From an uncultured delta proteobacterium (GTDB lineage: Bacteria > Myxococcota > Myxococcia > Myxococcales > Myxococcaceae), in assembly GCA_963713045.1 (NCBI GenBank), contig CAVQKE010000003.1, positions 1,312,001 to 1,376,000 on the forward strand: DNA of 64,000 nucleotides, read 5' to 3'. The stretch's first letter is position 1, and each line of letters starts with the position of its first letter. This document shows, in pieces, positions 1-10,563 of the stretch. The translations under genes were made by a program, and so were the position numbers. The notes beneath the pieces were generated by a model. It ran no database searches. It saw only the letters and a list, made by a program, of their open reading frames with translations, and was not told the DNA's origin.

Positions 1-2
1 GC

Positions 3-1799
3 GAAGCCGGGCGCACACAGCCCGTGCACCTGACGACTGCCCAAGGGCTGAAGAGTCCGGTGGCCCTCGGCTGGGCGGAAATTTGCCTCCCGGCTGCCGT
101 CCTGACTGAACTCGACGCGCCCCAGCAGCGCAGCGTTCTGGCCCATGAATTGGCCCACCTGCAGCGCCGGGACCCGCTGTGGCTGCTGTTGGGGACCACG
201 CTGGAGCAGCTTCTCTTCTTCCAGCCACTCAACCGGCTGGTGCGCCGCAACATGCAGGAGGTGGCCGAGTACCTGTGCGACGACTGGGCCGCGGTGCGCG
301 ACGGCTCAGGGCTGCCCATTGCCCGTGGGCTGGCCGCGGTGGCCCGTTGGTTGGACGGCGCCGAGGAGCGCAGCGTGCCGCTGGCTGGAATGGCGGAGCG
401 CCCCAGCCTCCTGGTGGCGCGCGTGCAGCGGCTGCTTCAAACCCATGTCTCGCTTGAACCGCGCCGGCCCTGGCATGGGCTGGTGTTTGCGCTGGTGCTG
501 CTGCTGACCGTGGTGGCCGTGCCCGGGGTGCGCGCCGCGCCGGCAGCGGGTTGGTTTGAGGCGGACCCGGCCCAAGCCACACCGGCCCGCGCGACGGCTG
601 AGGCAGCCCAGACGAAACAGACGCCTGCAACGGCCGAGACGCCAGCGACGCCGGAGACGGCCCAGCCCCCCCTGCACCGGGCCGCCCACCCAGCGCGGGT
701 GCCCCTTGTGGCCCAAGTTTTTCCGGCCCCCGTCCCGACGGTGCCCCCGGTGCCACCCCTTCCACCGCTGCCGCCGACAGCGTCCTTGGACGCGGCCAAG
801 CTGGCGGCGGACATGTCGCGGCACCAGCGCGAATGGGCCGTGCACCAGGCGGCGTTGGCCAAAATGCAAGTGCACCTCGCCCGGGCCCAGGTTTCCCTCC
901 ACCAGCACGGCGGCTTCGCCCACGACAAAGGCGGTTCCAGCACCGCGGACGAAGCCACCGTGCAGGCGCTGGTGAAGGCCCTGAAGGACCAGGACGCGGG
1001 AGTCCGTGAGGCGGCCGCTGAGTCCCTCGGACGTCTCTCCGACGTCCGTGCCCTGGAGGGGCTGGCGGCCGCCACCTCCGACGCGGATGTGGCGGTGCGG
1101 ACCGCCGCCGTGGAGGCGCTGGGCGACCTGGACGACGCCCGCGCAATTCCCGCGCTGGCCAAGGCCCTGAAAGACGCGAGCCCCGCCGTCCGGCGCCCGG
1201 CCGCCGAAGGGTTGGCGAAGCTGGAGGACTCCCCGGCGGCAGTTGAGCCGCTGGTGGGGGCCCTTTCGGACAGCGATGTGCACGTCCGCCTCGCGGCTGC
1301 GACTGGGCTGGCCGCGCGCAGCGACAAGCGGGCCCTCAGTGCGCTGGAGGCGCTGTTGAAGGACACCTCCCCGGAAGTGCGCGTCGAGGCAGTGGGGGCC
1401 CTCAGCGGCTACCAGGACGCCGCCATCCCGGCCCTCACCACCGCCCTCAAAGACGACTCCCCCCAGGTGCGCGAACAGGCCGTCCGGGCGCTGGCCAGCC
1501 TCAGTTCGGCGCAGGCCACGCCGGCCCTCCTCGAGGCCACCCATGACAAAAGCAGTGACGTCCGCGCCGTGGCGGCGGCCGGGCTGGGTGAGCTGCCTGA
1601 AGGTGCCCACTCCGCCGCCGTGGTGGCGGCGTTGAAGGCCCTGTTGGACGACAGCTCGCCCGACGTGCGCGAGGAGGCCATTTCAGCGCTGGGCGAAATT
1701 CGCGACGCGAATGCCCTCCAGGCCCTCATCGCGGCCATGCAAAGCAAGGATGCGACGGTGCGCAAGGCGGCGGCGGCTGCGCTTGGCCAGCGGGACTAG
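3..1799 (+). CDS. M56 (BlaR1/MecR1-type) metallopeptidase with C-terminal HEAT repeats; 5'-partial
   Basis: HELAH zinc motif and E-YLCD motif typical of M56, then a hydrophobic segment, a Pro/Ala linker and about 9 HEAT-like repeats (ALxDxxxxVRxxAxxALG). Frame is open from position 3, so the start is outside the window. Confidence 0.85.
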   Translation, partial: EAGRTQPVHLTTAQGLKSPVALGWAEICLPAAVLTELDAPQQRSVLAHELAHLQRRDPLWLLLGTTLEQLLFFQPLNRLVRRNMQEVAEYLCDDWAAVRDGSGLPIARGLAAVARWLDGAEERSVPLAGMAERPSLLVARVQRLLQTHVSLEPRRPWHGLVFALVLLLTVVAVPGVRAAPAAGWFEADPAQATPARATAEAAQTKQTPATAETPATPETAQPPLHRAAHPARVPLVAQVFPAPVPTVPPVPPLPPLPPTASLDAAKLAADMSRHQREWAVHQAALAKMQVHLARAQVSLHQHGGFAHDKGGSSTADEATVQALVKALKDQDAGVREAAAESLGRLSDVRALEGLAAATSDADVAVRTAAVEALGDLDDARAIPALAKALKDASPAVRRPAAEGLAKLEDSPAAVEPLVGALSDSDVHVRLAAATGLAARSDKRALSALEALLKDTSPEVRVEAVGALSGYQDAAIPALTTALKDDSPQVREQAVRALASLSSAQATPALLEATHDKSSDVRAVAAAGLGELPEGAHSAAVVAALKALLDDSSPDVREEAISALGEIRDANALQALIAAMQSKDATVRKAAAAALGQRD

Positions 1800-1810
1800 G
1801 GACGGACGCC

Positions 1811-2642
1811 TTGCGCCGCGCGCTGCCCCGCTGGGCGCTTGCCCTGCTGTCCCTTCTGGCGCTTCCGTCCGTCAGCGCCTGGGCCAGCCACCGGCACGCC
1901 CGTCCGCTGGAGACAGCAGGCCTTACCCCAAGCCAACTTCTGCCGCTGCTTGACGGCCTGGCCCGGGCGGACGGCCCGGTGTGCCAGCTGGCGGTGGACG
2001 CCCTGCTCTCCGGACACTGGCCCCAAGAGGAGGAGGAGCCGTGGGCCGGGGCATGGAGGAGCGGCCCTTTGGACAGCGCCCTCGGCCCGGAAGGGGTGGC
2101 GCTGCTTGCTGGCCGCCTCGCCGCCCCGCAGGCCCTGCGTGCGGCGGGTGGCCGCCACTTGGCTTGGCCGCTCGGAAAGCCCAGAGGCGCTGGCCCGGCT
2201 GCGCGCCGCATTGGCTGCCCCCACCGCAGAGGAACGCGAGGCGGGCGTACTGGGGCTTGGCGAGCGTGGGGAGGCCTCGACGCGCGAGCTTCTGGAAAAG
2301 GCCCTGCTGGACGCGGACAGCCGTGTGGCCTCGACGGCCGCCTGGGCGTTGGGCGCATTGCAGGACGAGCGCGCCGTGGCGGCCTTGGCCCGCGCCGCCC
2401 ACCACCGGGAGGCGCGCGTCCGGAGGGCGGCGGTCGGCAGCCTCGCTGAATATGTGGACGCCCCCGTCTTGGCGTTGCTTCTGCAGGCCCTTCAGGATTC
2501 GGATGCCTCCGTCCGCCGCGCGGCGGCCCGGGCGCTTGGCCAGGGCGACGTCAACCCGGCGGTGCAGCAGGCCCTGCGCGCCGTCCTTGCCGACAAAAGT
2601 GCAGAGGTGCGCCGCGAGGCGGCGCGGGCTCTCGGGCAGTAG
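1811..2642 (+). pseudogene. Secreted HEAT-repeat protein split by a frameshift near 2132 (possibly sequencing error)
   Basis: Signal-peptide-like N-terminus in ORF 1811 runs to LAGRLAAPQ; the HEAT repeats continue as PCVRRVAATWLG... in the frame of ORF 1839-2642. Confidence 0.7.
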
Positions 2643-2717
2643 CCGCCGCCACGGGGATGGGTGCAAACGCGCCAGTTGGCATGGGCCGGCCCTGCCCCCT
2701 AGCGTGCCACGCCTTCT

Positions 2718-3455
2718 ATGCGGCCTCCCCACCGCGCCACAGCCGCATCAGCCGTCGCGCCGCGCGGGCACTGGGCCGCCGCGGCCTTGTGGGCGCTGGC
2801 GGCGTGGCCTTTGGGCTTGGGACTGCGGCTCCTCACCGGCTTGGCCGAGGCCACCTCCCGCGTCTCGGTCCAGGGTCCAGGCGCCAGCTACGCCGGCCCG
2901 GCGCTGTATGTGAATTGGCACCGCTACCTGCCTTACTTGGTCATGCACCACGGCCGGGCGCGGCGCTGGCTGATGGTGTCCCGCGACGCGTACCTGGCCC
3001 CGGTGGTGGTCTGGAACCGTCTGCACGGCGTCCGTGTCATCCGCGGCGGGAGCGGCGATGGAGGCCAGACGGCCCTCGCGCACATGGTGCGGCGGCTGCG
3101 CGCCGGCGACTCGGCCTTCCTCGCGGTGGATGGACCGCGGGGGCCGCCGCTGCAAGTCAAGCGTGGCTGCGTGGAGATGGCGCGCGCCGCCCAAGTGCCC
3201 CTCATCCCCGTCGGCTACGCCAGCCGCCGAGGGCGCTTCGACACGCGGCGCTGGGACCACTGGCTGATGGTGCGGCCGTTGGACACACTGAGCGTCCACT
3301 ACGGGACGCCGCTCTTCTTCAAGGATGAGGAGCCGCTTGACAGTGCACTGTTACGCGTCGCCGAAGGCCTGGCCCAGGTGGGGGATTCGTCGGCGGACCC
3401 AACCGCGCACCAAAAAAAGCGGCCCGACACCCACGAGGGACGCCGGGCCACTTAG
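2718..3455 (+). CDS. DUF374-like lysophospholipid acyltransferase family protein
   Basis: Motifs NWH, MVSRD, IRGGS, AVDGPRGP and VPLIPVG. Confidence 0.75.
   Translation: MRPPHRATAASAVAPRGHWAAAALWALAAWPLGLGLRLLTGLAEATSRVSVQGPGASYAGPALYVNWHRYLPYLVMHHGRARRWLMVSRDAYLAPVVVWNRLHGVRVIRGGSGDGGQTALAHMVRRLRAGDSAFLAVDGPRGPPLQVKRGCVEMARAAQVPLIPVGYASRRGRFDTRRWDHWLMVRPLDTLSVHYGTPLFFKDEEPLDSALLRVAEGLAQVGDSSADPTAHQKKRPDTHEGRRAT
3412..3449 (-). terminator. Rho-independent terminator (minus strand)
   Basis: Minus-strand hairpin GGCCCGGCGTCCC-TCGT-GGGTGTCGGGCC followed by GC and T7. Confidence 0.75.
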
Positions 3456-3531
3456 GGACTTCAGTCAGCGCGAGGACTCCCCGCTTGGGCCGGTGGGGGG
3501 GAACCTGCCCAGCGCGGCGAACCTCACGCCC
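3412..3531 (-). ncRNA. Candidate small RNA, ~120 nt, long hairpin with C-rich loop plus terminator
   Basis: Upstream sigma70-like promoter; GCGTGAGG pairs with CCTCGCGC and CCGCGCTGGGC with GCCCAAGCGG; apical loop TCCCCCCC; intrinsic terminator; no credible ORF. Confidence 0.55.
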
Positions 3532-3537
3532 ACACTT

Positions 3538-3566
3538 TCTATAGCGACTCCGTCGCCCCTCGTCCA
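3538..3566 (-). promoter_or_regulatory. Sigma70-like promoter for the candidate sRNA
   Basis: TGGACG-N17-TATAGA on the minus strand. Confidence 0.45.
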
Positions 3567-3702
3567 TTCGGCCGTTGGCCTTTTTTCGCAGCGCGCTTAC
3601 AGCGTCGGATGCGCGCATACACGCCTTTGGTAGGGCCTCCCTTTTCTTTTTTTGGGCGCGGCGCTTGGTTGGACGGCGGCCCGTCCGGTGTGTTGCGTCA
3701 CG

Positions 3703-5628
3703 TCAGCGGTGGCTGCTCCGCGCCACGCGACGCTCCCCCACGCGCAGTGTCACTTTCTCCCGGTCAAAATACTCTGAGAGTGGGATGACAAATTTTCGAC
3801 TTTGCCCCACCAGTTGTTTGAAAGCCTGCGTGGAAATTTCTCGGTGCTGTGCGAGGTGCGCCAACAGCTGCGTCCTCAGCGCGGACAGCGGGGCGCTGTG
3901 AAAGTACAGCTCCTCCGTCACCTTCACCAAGACGCCTTCGCGGACCGGGCCCTCGAGGAGGGCTGCGACGCGCGCCGAGGGTAACCCGAGACTTTGGCCC
4001 AATTCGCCCAGGGTGGGCGGTGCCAGCCCCGCGCCGGCCAGCGACGCCAGGGCCTTGGAGCGCGCCGCCTCCTCGTCCAAGGTGAGGCTTCGTCCCCGTC
4101 CGCGCAGACGGACCCCGTCCGGTGGTACCAGCTCCACTTGGCCACGCTCGACCAATTGCTGGACCAGGCGACTCAGCAGGCGCGGCTCAAGCCCGATGGA
4201 GAGGCGCTGGCGCAGCTCCTCACGGCCGAGGGCGTCCTTCAACGGCTCCCGCTCGTGAAAGGCCTGCAGCACTGAAAGGGCGCGGCCGAGCAGCCCTTGG
4301 AAGACCTCCGAGGCGTGGTAAAGGCGCCGCTCTCTATCCACCAGCAGCACCTCGCCTCGGCTGCTGAGGACCTCCAGCGTCCGGCTCAGCTGTTTCTGTG
4401 AAAGGCCCGAGCGGACGAAGAGTTCCGGGAAAAGCAGGCCGCGGTAACCAGCCTGGCGGAGAAGCCACCGCGCCCGCGCCTCGCCGTCGGCGCCGCGCAT
4501 CGGTTCAAGGAGGGCACCTGCGCCGCGGCGGCGGCGCGGTGCGGAGAGGGTGAGGACGCGCCCGCCGGCCAAAGTCGCGCCGCGTCCGGGGAGGGGCCGT
4601 GGGCCGCGGAGGATGAAGCGCTGGCCGGGCAGCGCGGCCACCGGTGCCGAGAGGCGCAGCTGGGCCAGCGCCGTCTCCCCGGGCTGCAGTGTGTCCACGT
4701 CCAACAGGCGCACCTGCGCCTCGGCCTGTGCCGTGCCCAGGTGCAACAGCAGCGTCCGCCGTCGGCCCAGCGGTGCCTCCGCGGCGCCCAGCAGCGTCAA
4801 CTCCACGTCCAGTGTCCGCGTCTCCGGCAGCTCCTCAAAGCGCGTCAACACCATGCCCCGGCGAACGTCTGGGGCGGCCACCGCCGGAAGGTTGACGGCA
4901 GTCCGCTGCCCGGCGGTGGCCCGAGGCACCGGGGCGCCATGCACCTGAAGGCCCCGGGCACGGTAGGGGCCCACCAAACCAGGAAGCAGCGAGAGGGACT
5001 CCTCGGGCGCCAAACCACCGGACAACAGCGTGCCGGTGACGACGGTGCCGAAGCCCTTGAGGGTGAAGGCACGGTCCACCGGGAGAAAGAGGGGTCCGTC
5101 CGCGTTGCGCGCCGGCAACGCGGCCACCGCCCGTCCCAGGGCGGCCACCAGCGGCAGTAGCCCCGCACCAGTGCGGGCGGACACCTCCACCACCTCCGCC
5201 ATCTCCAGCCCGGTGCCCGCCAACAGCGTACTGACGTCGGCTTCCAACAGCGCGCGCCAGTCGCTGCCCAAATCATCCAGCAGGTCCGCCTTGGTGAGGG
5301 CCACCACTGCGGCGCGCACGCCAAGCAGCTGGCAAATGTCCAGGTGCTCTCGCGTCTGGGGCATGACGCCCTCGTCGGCGGCGACGACGAGGAGCGCCAC
5401 GTCCACCCCGCCGGCGCCGGCCGCCATGGCCTTCACGAAGCGCTCGTGACCAGGCACATCCACCACGCCGGCCACCGTCCCGTCCGGCAGCCGCAGGTGC
5501 GCAAAGCCCAGTTCCAGGGTAATGCCCCGCCGCTTCTCCTCCGGCAACCGGTCGGTGTCGATGCCGGTGAGGGCCTTCACCAGGGACGTCTTCCCGTGGT
5601 CGACGTGCCCGGCGGTGCCGATAATCAC
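3703..5628 (-). CDS. selB: Selenocysteine-specific translation elongation factor
   Basis: Starts [14 protein letters not shown], then [14 protein letters not shown] and [13 protein letters not shown]-terminal winged-helix [16 protein letters not shown] start overlaps the upstream stop (GTGA). Confidence 0.95.
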   Translation of the reverse strand: MIIGTAGHVDHGKTSLVKALTGIDTDRLPEEKRRGITLELGFAHLRLPDGTVAGVVDVPGHERFVKAMAAGAGGVDVALLVVAADEGVMPQTREHLDICQLLGVRAAVVALTKADLLDDLGSDWRALLEADVSTLLAGTGLEMAEVVEVSARTGAGLLPLVAALGRAVAALPARNADGPLFLPVDRAFTLKGFGTVVTGTLLSGGLAPEESLSLLPGLVGPYRARGLQVHGAPVPRATAGQRTAVNLPAVAAPDVRRGMVLTRFEELPETRTLDVELTLLGAAEAPLGRRRTLLLHLGTAQAEAQVRLLDVDTLQPGETALAQLRLSAPVAALPGQRFILRGPRPLPGRGATLAGGRVLTLSAPRRRRGAGALLEPMRGADGEARARWLLRQAGYRGLLFPELFVRSGLSQKQLSRTLEVLSSRGEVLLVDRERRLYHASEVFQGLLGRALSVLQAFHEREPLKDALGREELRQRLSIGLEPRLLSRLVQQLVERGQVELVPPDGVRLRGRGRSLTLDEEAARSKALASLAGAGLAPPTLGELGQSLGLPSARVAALLEGPVREGVLVKVTEELYFHSAPLSALRTQLLAHLAQHREISTQAFKQLVGQSRKFVIPLSEYFDREKVTLRVGERRVARSSHR

Positions 5629-6266
5629 CGGCCGCGCCCGCGCTTGGTGGGGGAGGCGTCGAAGCGCCCGTCTTCGGTGACGGGGGAATAGTCCCAAGGG
5701 AAGACCTGGAGGGAGTCGCTTCGCAGGGCGCTGAAGTCCGGGGCGTAGCCGTCGGTGCGGCAAATCAGCGTGGCCGTCCGCAGCGCGCGGGCCCCGGCCT
5801 TTCGCACCAGCGTCCTGGCCAACTCCAGCGTCTCGCCGCTGGCGGACACGTCGTCCACCACCAGCACGCGCCGCCCTTTGACTTCCTTCGGCACGCTGCC
5901 CGACAGCTTCGGCCGCCCGACGTCGGTGTGGGCGCGGCTGCGGCGGCTGATGCGCACTGGGTAGAAGGCCGCTCCCAAGGCCGAGGCCAGCGCTCCGCCG
6001 ACGAAGACACCGCCGTGCGCGACGCCCACCACCGCCTCGACGGCGTAGGCGCGAAAAATGGTGCGGGCCAGCGTCTGGATGTGCCGGTCAAAACTGGCCC
6101 AGGACATCTCGGCCACGCCCACCGCTGGGCGCGAGCGGTCCATCCCCAGGCCCTCGCGGGGCACTTCCACCTGCGGGGCCAGCAGCGCTTCGACGGGGGC
6201 GGAGAAGGGGCTCACCGCCCGCCGTGCTCGACGTCGCGCGGAAGGCCGGACGCGTTGTTGTGGCAT
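5625..6266 (-). CDS. Phosphoribosyltransferase family protein
   Basis: PRPP-binding motif [15 protein letters not shown]-terminal VFPW; ATG at 6266 preceded by GAGG. Confidence 0.85.
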   Translation of the reverse strand: MPQQRVRPSARRRARRAVSPFSAPVEALLAPQVEVPREGLGMDRSRPAVGVAEMSWASFDRHIQTLARTIFRAYAVEAVVGVAHGGVFVGGALASALGAAFYPVRISRRSRAHTDVGRPKLSGSVPKEVKGRRVLVVDDVSASGETLELARTLVRKAGARALRTATLICRTDGYAPDFSALRSDSLQVFPWDYSPVTEDGRFDASPTKRGRGR

Positions 6267-6315
6267 GGGGAGCACCTCAGAAAAAACGCTGGCAGTCCTC
6301 TTCCAAGTCTCCCTC

Positions 6316-7191
6316 TCAGGCCTCCAGCAGGGAAACTATCTCCTCCGCCTCGACGGTGTACGCCGAGGTGCAAAATTCACAGGTGACGTCGGCCTTGCCG
6401 TCCTCGCGCAGCAGTTGTTCCAACTCCGTCCGCCCCAGCAGGCGCAGGGCCTGCTTCACGCGCTCGCGCGAGCACCGGCATTGGAAGGCCAGCGGGCGCA
6501 CACTCAACACCTCCGGCGAAGCGTCGCCGAAGAGGCCGCGCAAAAGGCCGGCCGCGGACAGGGTGGGGCCACGGCGAAGCTCGCCGGCCAGGGCTCCGTG
6601 GTCGTGGACGCGTTCACGCAGCGCCTGCAGGGCGGCGGCATTGCCGTCCGGAAGGCGTTGGACGAGAACCCCAGCCACCCGGGACAGGGACTCCCCAGCC
6701 TCGCCCAGCGCTTCTAGGCCCACCACGCTGTCCACCTGTTCGGACGCCTGGAAATAGCGCTCCAAGTCCCTTCCCAATTCAAAGGCCTGGAGGTCCACGC
6801 TGCTTCGGTAAAACTCCCCGGCCTGCAGCTCGCGCACCGTGGAGAGGACGGCCTTGTTGCCCAGCGCCGGGCGAAAGCGGTAGGGCCCAGGCTCGCCGAG
6901 GTGTTGCAACAGCGGGTTTTTGACGTAGCCGCGCACCGCACCGCTGGTGGTGGCGTCGGTGTAGAAGCCGCGGAGCGCGCCGTCACATTCCAGCTGCAGC
7001 GAGACGCGCGTCTCCTCTTTCTGAAGGCCGGCCAGAAGCGCCACCCCCGTCAACCCACGCGCCAGCACCGCCGCGGACGCACTGCGGGCCTGGTGTCGCT
7101 GGCGGGCCTCCCGGGACAGCCGGGTGGTGGTGGCCACCACCACCCGGAGGCTGACGCCGGGCAGAAGGGCGCTGAGAAGTTCATCGGGCAT
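6316..7191 (-). CDS. hslO: Hsp33 redox-regulated chaperone
   Basis: C-terminal zinc motif FQCRCS...VTCEFC; YFQASEQ; GVLVQRLP. Confidence 0.92.
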   Translation of the reverse strand: MPDELLSALLPGVSLRVVVATTTRLSREARQRHQARSASAAVLARGLTGVALLAGLQKEETRVSLQLECDGALRGFYTDATTSGAVRGYVKNPLLQHLGEPGPYRFRPALGNKAVLSTVRELQAGEFYRSSVDLQAFELGRDLERYFQASEQVDSVVGLEALGEAGESLSRVAGVLVQRLPDGNAAALQALRERVHDHGALAGELRRGPTLSAAGLLRGLFGDASPEVLSVRPLAFQCRCSRERVKQALRLLGRTELEQLLREDGKADVTCEFCTSAYTVEAEEIVSLLEA

Positions 7192-7244
7192 GCTGTCACC
7201 GGCTGTACTAATGCCAGGCCGACGGCGCGGCATCCCCGGGGGGC

Positions 7245-7583
7245 CTAGGGCGCCTGCGCCGCCTCCCGGGTGCGCCTCAACCACGCGGCCAGGGCGTCCG
7301 CGTCGGCCACCTTGCCCACGGCGCGAAGGATGGACTCCTCGGTGTCCAAAAGTTGAAGCGCCGCCTGGCGGAGCCGCGGGGTGGCCAAGATGTGAAGCGC
7401 CGCGTCTGGCTCCAGCGAAAGCAGCATGCTGCGCGGAATGCCAAACAGCTCCAGGGTGGCGCGGTGAATCTCCTCCAGCGCCTGCTCCTCCTCGCCCCGC
7501 ACGCGGTACCCAAGGGCGCGGGCCAGCGCCGCCGCCAGCTGTGTGAGGAGCCGCTCCAGCCAGTCGCTGCGGATGGGACTCAT
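7245..7583 (-). CDS. Hypothetical helical protein (112 aa)
   Basis: Co-oriented ORF between ssb and hslO with plausible composition (IRSDWLERLLTQLAAALAR). Confidence 0.6.
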   Translation of the reverse strand: MSPIRSDWLERLLTQLAAALARALGYRVRGEEEQALEEIHRATLELFGIPRSMLLSLEPDAALHILATPRLRQAALQLLDTEESILRAVGKVADADALAAWLRRTREAAQAP

Positions 7584-7664
7584 CGCGGTTCCCCCCCGCG
7601 CCTGCGGCCCCCAAGGGAGGGGAGGGGTGAGGCGTCGGGGGCCCTTAGCCTCGCCGCGTGTCCC

Positions 7665-8126
7665 CTAGAAGGGGATGTCGTCCTCGGCGCCAGCGGCGGC
7701 GGCGGTGTGCGCCAGCTCCTCGGGCGCTGCGGTGGCGGCGTATTCCTCGCCGTTGCGGGCGCGGGGACGGCCGTTACTGGCACCGGCCTCGCCACGACCG
7801 CCGAGAAACACCACATTCGAGGCCACCACTTCGGTGGTGTAATTCTTCTTTCCTTCTTTGTCCGTCCACTCGCGCGTCTGCAGCCGGCCCTCGACGAAGC
7901 ATTGTCGGCCCTTGGCCAGGTACTCGCCGCAAAGCTCCCCCAGCTTTCCCCAGACCACAATGCGGTGCCACTCGGTGCGCTCCTGCTTCTGTCCCGCCTT
8001 GTCCGTCCAGTTCTCACTGGTGGCGATTCGGAAGTTTGCGACCGCCTGGCCACTGGGAGTGAAGCGCACCTCGGGGTCCGCACCAAGGTTCCCCACCAGA
8101 ATGACTTTGTTTACGCCTCCAGCCAT
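7665..8126 (-). CDS. ssb: Single-stranded DNA-binding protein
   Basis: [26 protein letters not shown]-terminal DDIPF. Confidence 0.98.
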   Translation of the reverse strand: MAGGVNKVILVGNLGADPEVRFTPSGQAVANFRIATSENWTDKAGQKQERTEWHRIVVWGKLGELCGEYLAKGRQCFVEGRLQTREWTDKEGKKNYTTEVVASNVVFLGGRGEAGASNGRPRARNGEEYAATAAPEELAHTAAAAGAEDDIPF

Positions 8127-8247
8127 GTTCCTTTACCGTCCTTTCGAGCACCGGCCCGTTGCGGCCCGGTGACAGAAACACCTCGTAGCAGAGGGAGCTG
8201 ACAGACGCGACGGGCGCCGTCAGCCACGGCCTTTGGGGAAAGGACGC

Positions 8248-10443
8248 CTAGCCGCCCGGCTTCTCCGCCGCCGGCGCGGGCAGGGGACTCTTGGCCGTCG
8301 AGGAAGGAGTCGCCTGCGGCGGAAGGCTGGTGGCCTTGTCCAAGGCAATGCGCTGGCTTAAGGAAGACTCAAGCTGCTTGGCAAAGCTGGCCCGCTTGGC
8401 GTCGGTGGCGGCCATCAGTTCCCGCAGCGCCGGCCAGAAGGGATGGTCCGGGTCCGCCTCGCGTTCCAGGCCGCTGGCCAGCAGCGGAAGCGCAGCGTCG
8501 CGGTCAGCGACGGCGGCCGTCTGCAGCGCCGCCACCAACTCCTCAGGTGCGGTGCGTGCCACTTCGGCCATGGCCACCGCCAGGTCACTCTTGGCGTGTT
8601 CGTCCGAAGTCGCGGCGCGCGTCAATTCCACCAGCCGTGACAAGGCCTCCGGGTTGCCTTCGGCCGCCAGCGTCACCAGCGAGGAGACGCAAGGCGTCTC
8701 GACGCCCAGCGTCCGCGACAGCAGCCGAAGCCGTAAGTAGACATCGTCCGAGGCGGTAAAGCTGTCCAACAGGGCCCGCGCGCCGAGGTAGTCCGCGGGG
8801 TTGGACTGGTAGATGGAGTCCGCCACCGCGGCGCGCACCGCCGGGTCCCTTTCGTTGCGCCAGGCGGTGCGGAGAAACGCCACGTTGCGGCGGTCGGCTT
8901 GGGCCGCCAGCTGCAAGTACGTCTTCAGCCGGGCCCGGGCCTCCTCCGCCGGAGAAGGCTGTGCGACGGGCTCGCTGAGGGCCGCCACCGCAGCGCCGGG
9001 GCCGGCGGCCGTCCCCATCGCAGCCAGTGCGGTCCCGGCGGCGTCGATGGTTTGCACCACCGGGCCAGTCCGCCCAGCAAAGTCATTCACCAGAATGCTG
9101 AAGGCCAGCGTCTCGCCGCTGGCCGTTTGCACCACGCCGCTCAGGGCGCAGACGTTTTCCAGCGTCCCGGTTTTCGCGCGAAGCCGGCCGGCGATGTCGG
9201 CGCCCTCGAAGCGCCACTTCAGCGTCCCGTCTTTTCCGCCAATCGGCACGCTGGAGAGGTACTCGGCCGCAAAGGGAAAACGCGAAACCATGGTTTTCAG
9301 AAGCCGCGCCAACTGCGCCGGGGTGAAGCGGTTGGTGTCGTTGATGCCGGAGCCATTCTTCAGCACGTAGCTGCCGCGGGGGATGCCCACCTCGTGCTCT
9401 AAAAACTCCTCGGCGGCCTGCACGCCTTTGGCCGTCGTTCCCGGCAGCCCCTTCACTTCGGCGCCCAGCGTCTTCATCAGCTGCTCGGCGACGAAGTTGT
9501 TGGACGTCTTGTTCATCCGCTTCAGCACCAGGTCGAAGGTGTCGCTTTGGGCGAGGTACAACAGCCGCGCCCGGTCCGGCGCTGTGCCCAGCTTCACCTT
9601 CCCCCGGACGTGCACGCCGCGCTGTTCCAAAAGCATTTTCAGCGTTTGGCCGTAGTACAACGGTGGCTGGTTGATGCGCTTCCACACCACGAATTCCCCG
9701 CTGGCGGGCACCGTCCCTCGGACCACAATTTTCTGTCGCTCGCCGTCCGCTTCCGAAGTGACGGAGGCGCGGCGGGCGCGACTGCCGGTGCCGACCGCCA
9801 CATTCACCACGGTGAAGTAGTCGCTGGGAGGGTCCACCTCCACCGCCGGCCGTGCCCCGACACCGGCCGAACGCACGTAGACGCCGACGGCGTTGGCGTT
9901 GAGGCTGAGGGCCCCGGTGGGTGCGGTGTAAGGCCGGTCGGTGGTTTCCTGTTCAAAACCGGGCGCCAAGCGCTCCGCGTCGAAGTAGCTGTCGTCCAGG
10001 ACAATGTCCGACACCTCCCGCAGGCCGAGGTGCTTCAGCTCACCCGCCACCTGGTAGAGGCGTTCCGTCGTCATGGTGGGGTCGCCCTTGCCACGCACGT
10101 ACAGCCGCGGCCGCTCGCTGGGGGCGCCGTCCAGGAAAAATTCGGTTTCGAAGCGAAAATCTGGCCCCAGCCGAGCCAGCGACGCCGCGGCTGTGACCAG
10201 CTTCACATTGGACGCCGGGTTGAGAAGCTCATCGGCGTTGCGGGCAAACACCACCGAGCCGTCCGACAGGCTGAGGACTGAAATGCCCACCCGCGCTGTC
10301 GCCAGGGGCCCGCGGGCCGCGACTTCGGTGAGGACTTGCTTCAGCGCCTCGCGGTCTGGCTCGCCCACCCCCGCGGCCCAGGCACCAGCGCCGAAACCTG
10401 CGGCCAGCAGGGCGACGAGAGGCGTGGCGACACGGCGCTGCAC
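8248..10443 (-). CDS. dacB: D-alanyl-D-alanine carboxypeptidase/endopeptidase (PBP4, peptidase S13) with C-terminal helical extension
   Basis: PASNVK (SxxK), SNN (SxN), AKTGTL (KTG); signal peptide. Confidence 0.92.
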   Translation of the reverse strand: MQRRVATPLVALLAAGFGAGAWAAGVGEPDREALKQVLTEVAARGPLATARVGISVLSLSDGSVVFARNADELLNPASNVKLVTAAASLARLGPDFRFETEFFLDGAPSERPRLYVRGKGDPTMTTERLYQVAGELKHLGLREVSDIVLDDSYFDAERLAPGFEQETTDRPYTAPTGALSLNANAVGVYVRSAGVGARPAVEVDPPSDYFTVVNVAVGTGSRARRASVTSEADGERQKIVVRGTVPASGEFVVWKRINQPPLYYGQTLKMLLEQRGVHVRGKVKLGTAPDRARLLYLAQSDTFDLVLKRMNKTSNNFVAEQLMKTLGAEVKGLPGTTAKGVQAAEEFLEHEVGIPRGSYVLKNGSGINDTNRFTPAQLARLLKTMVSRFPFAAEYLSSVPIGGKDGTLKWRFEGADIAGRLRAKTGTLENVCALSGVVQTASGETLAFSILVNDFAGRTGPVVQTIDAAGTALAAMGTAAGPGAAVAALSEPVAQPSPAEEARARLKTYLQLAAQADRRNVAFLRTAWRNERDPAVRAAVADSIYQSNPADYLGARALLDSFTASDDVYLRLRLLSRTLGVETPCVSSLVTLAAEGNPEALSRLVELTRAATSDEHAKSDLAVAMAEVARTAPEELVAALQTAAVADRDAALPLLASGLEREADPDHPFWPALRELMAATDAKRASFAKQLESSLSQRIALDKATSLPPQATPSSTAKSPLPAPAAEKPGG

Positions 10444-10563
10444 GGGGAGTACGGCGTATGTTCGCGCGCCGGGCGCATGCGCCGCAAGCCCCCTTCCGGA
10501 CGGCCCCCTTCCAGCTGCCCCGGGGTGCGCAGCAAACGGACACGCTGGCCCCTTGTCGGCCCG

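Noticed and set aside
3412..3700. tRNA-Sec (selC) next to selB
   Set aside because: No cloverleaf, UCA anticodon loop, T-loop or CCA end is recognisable; the structure is a hairpin plus terminator.
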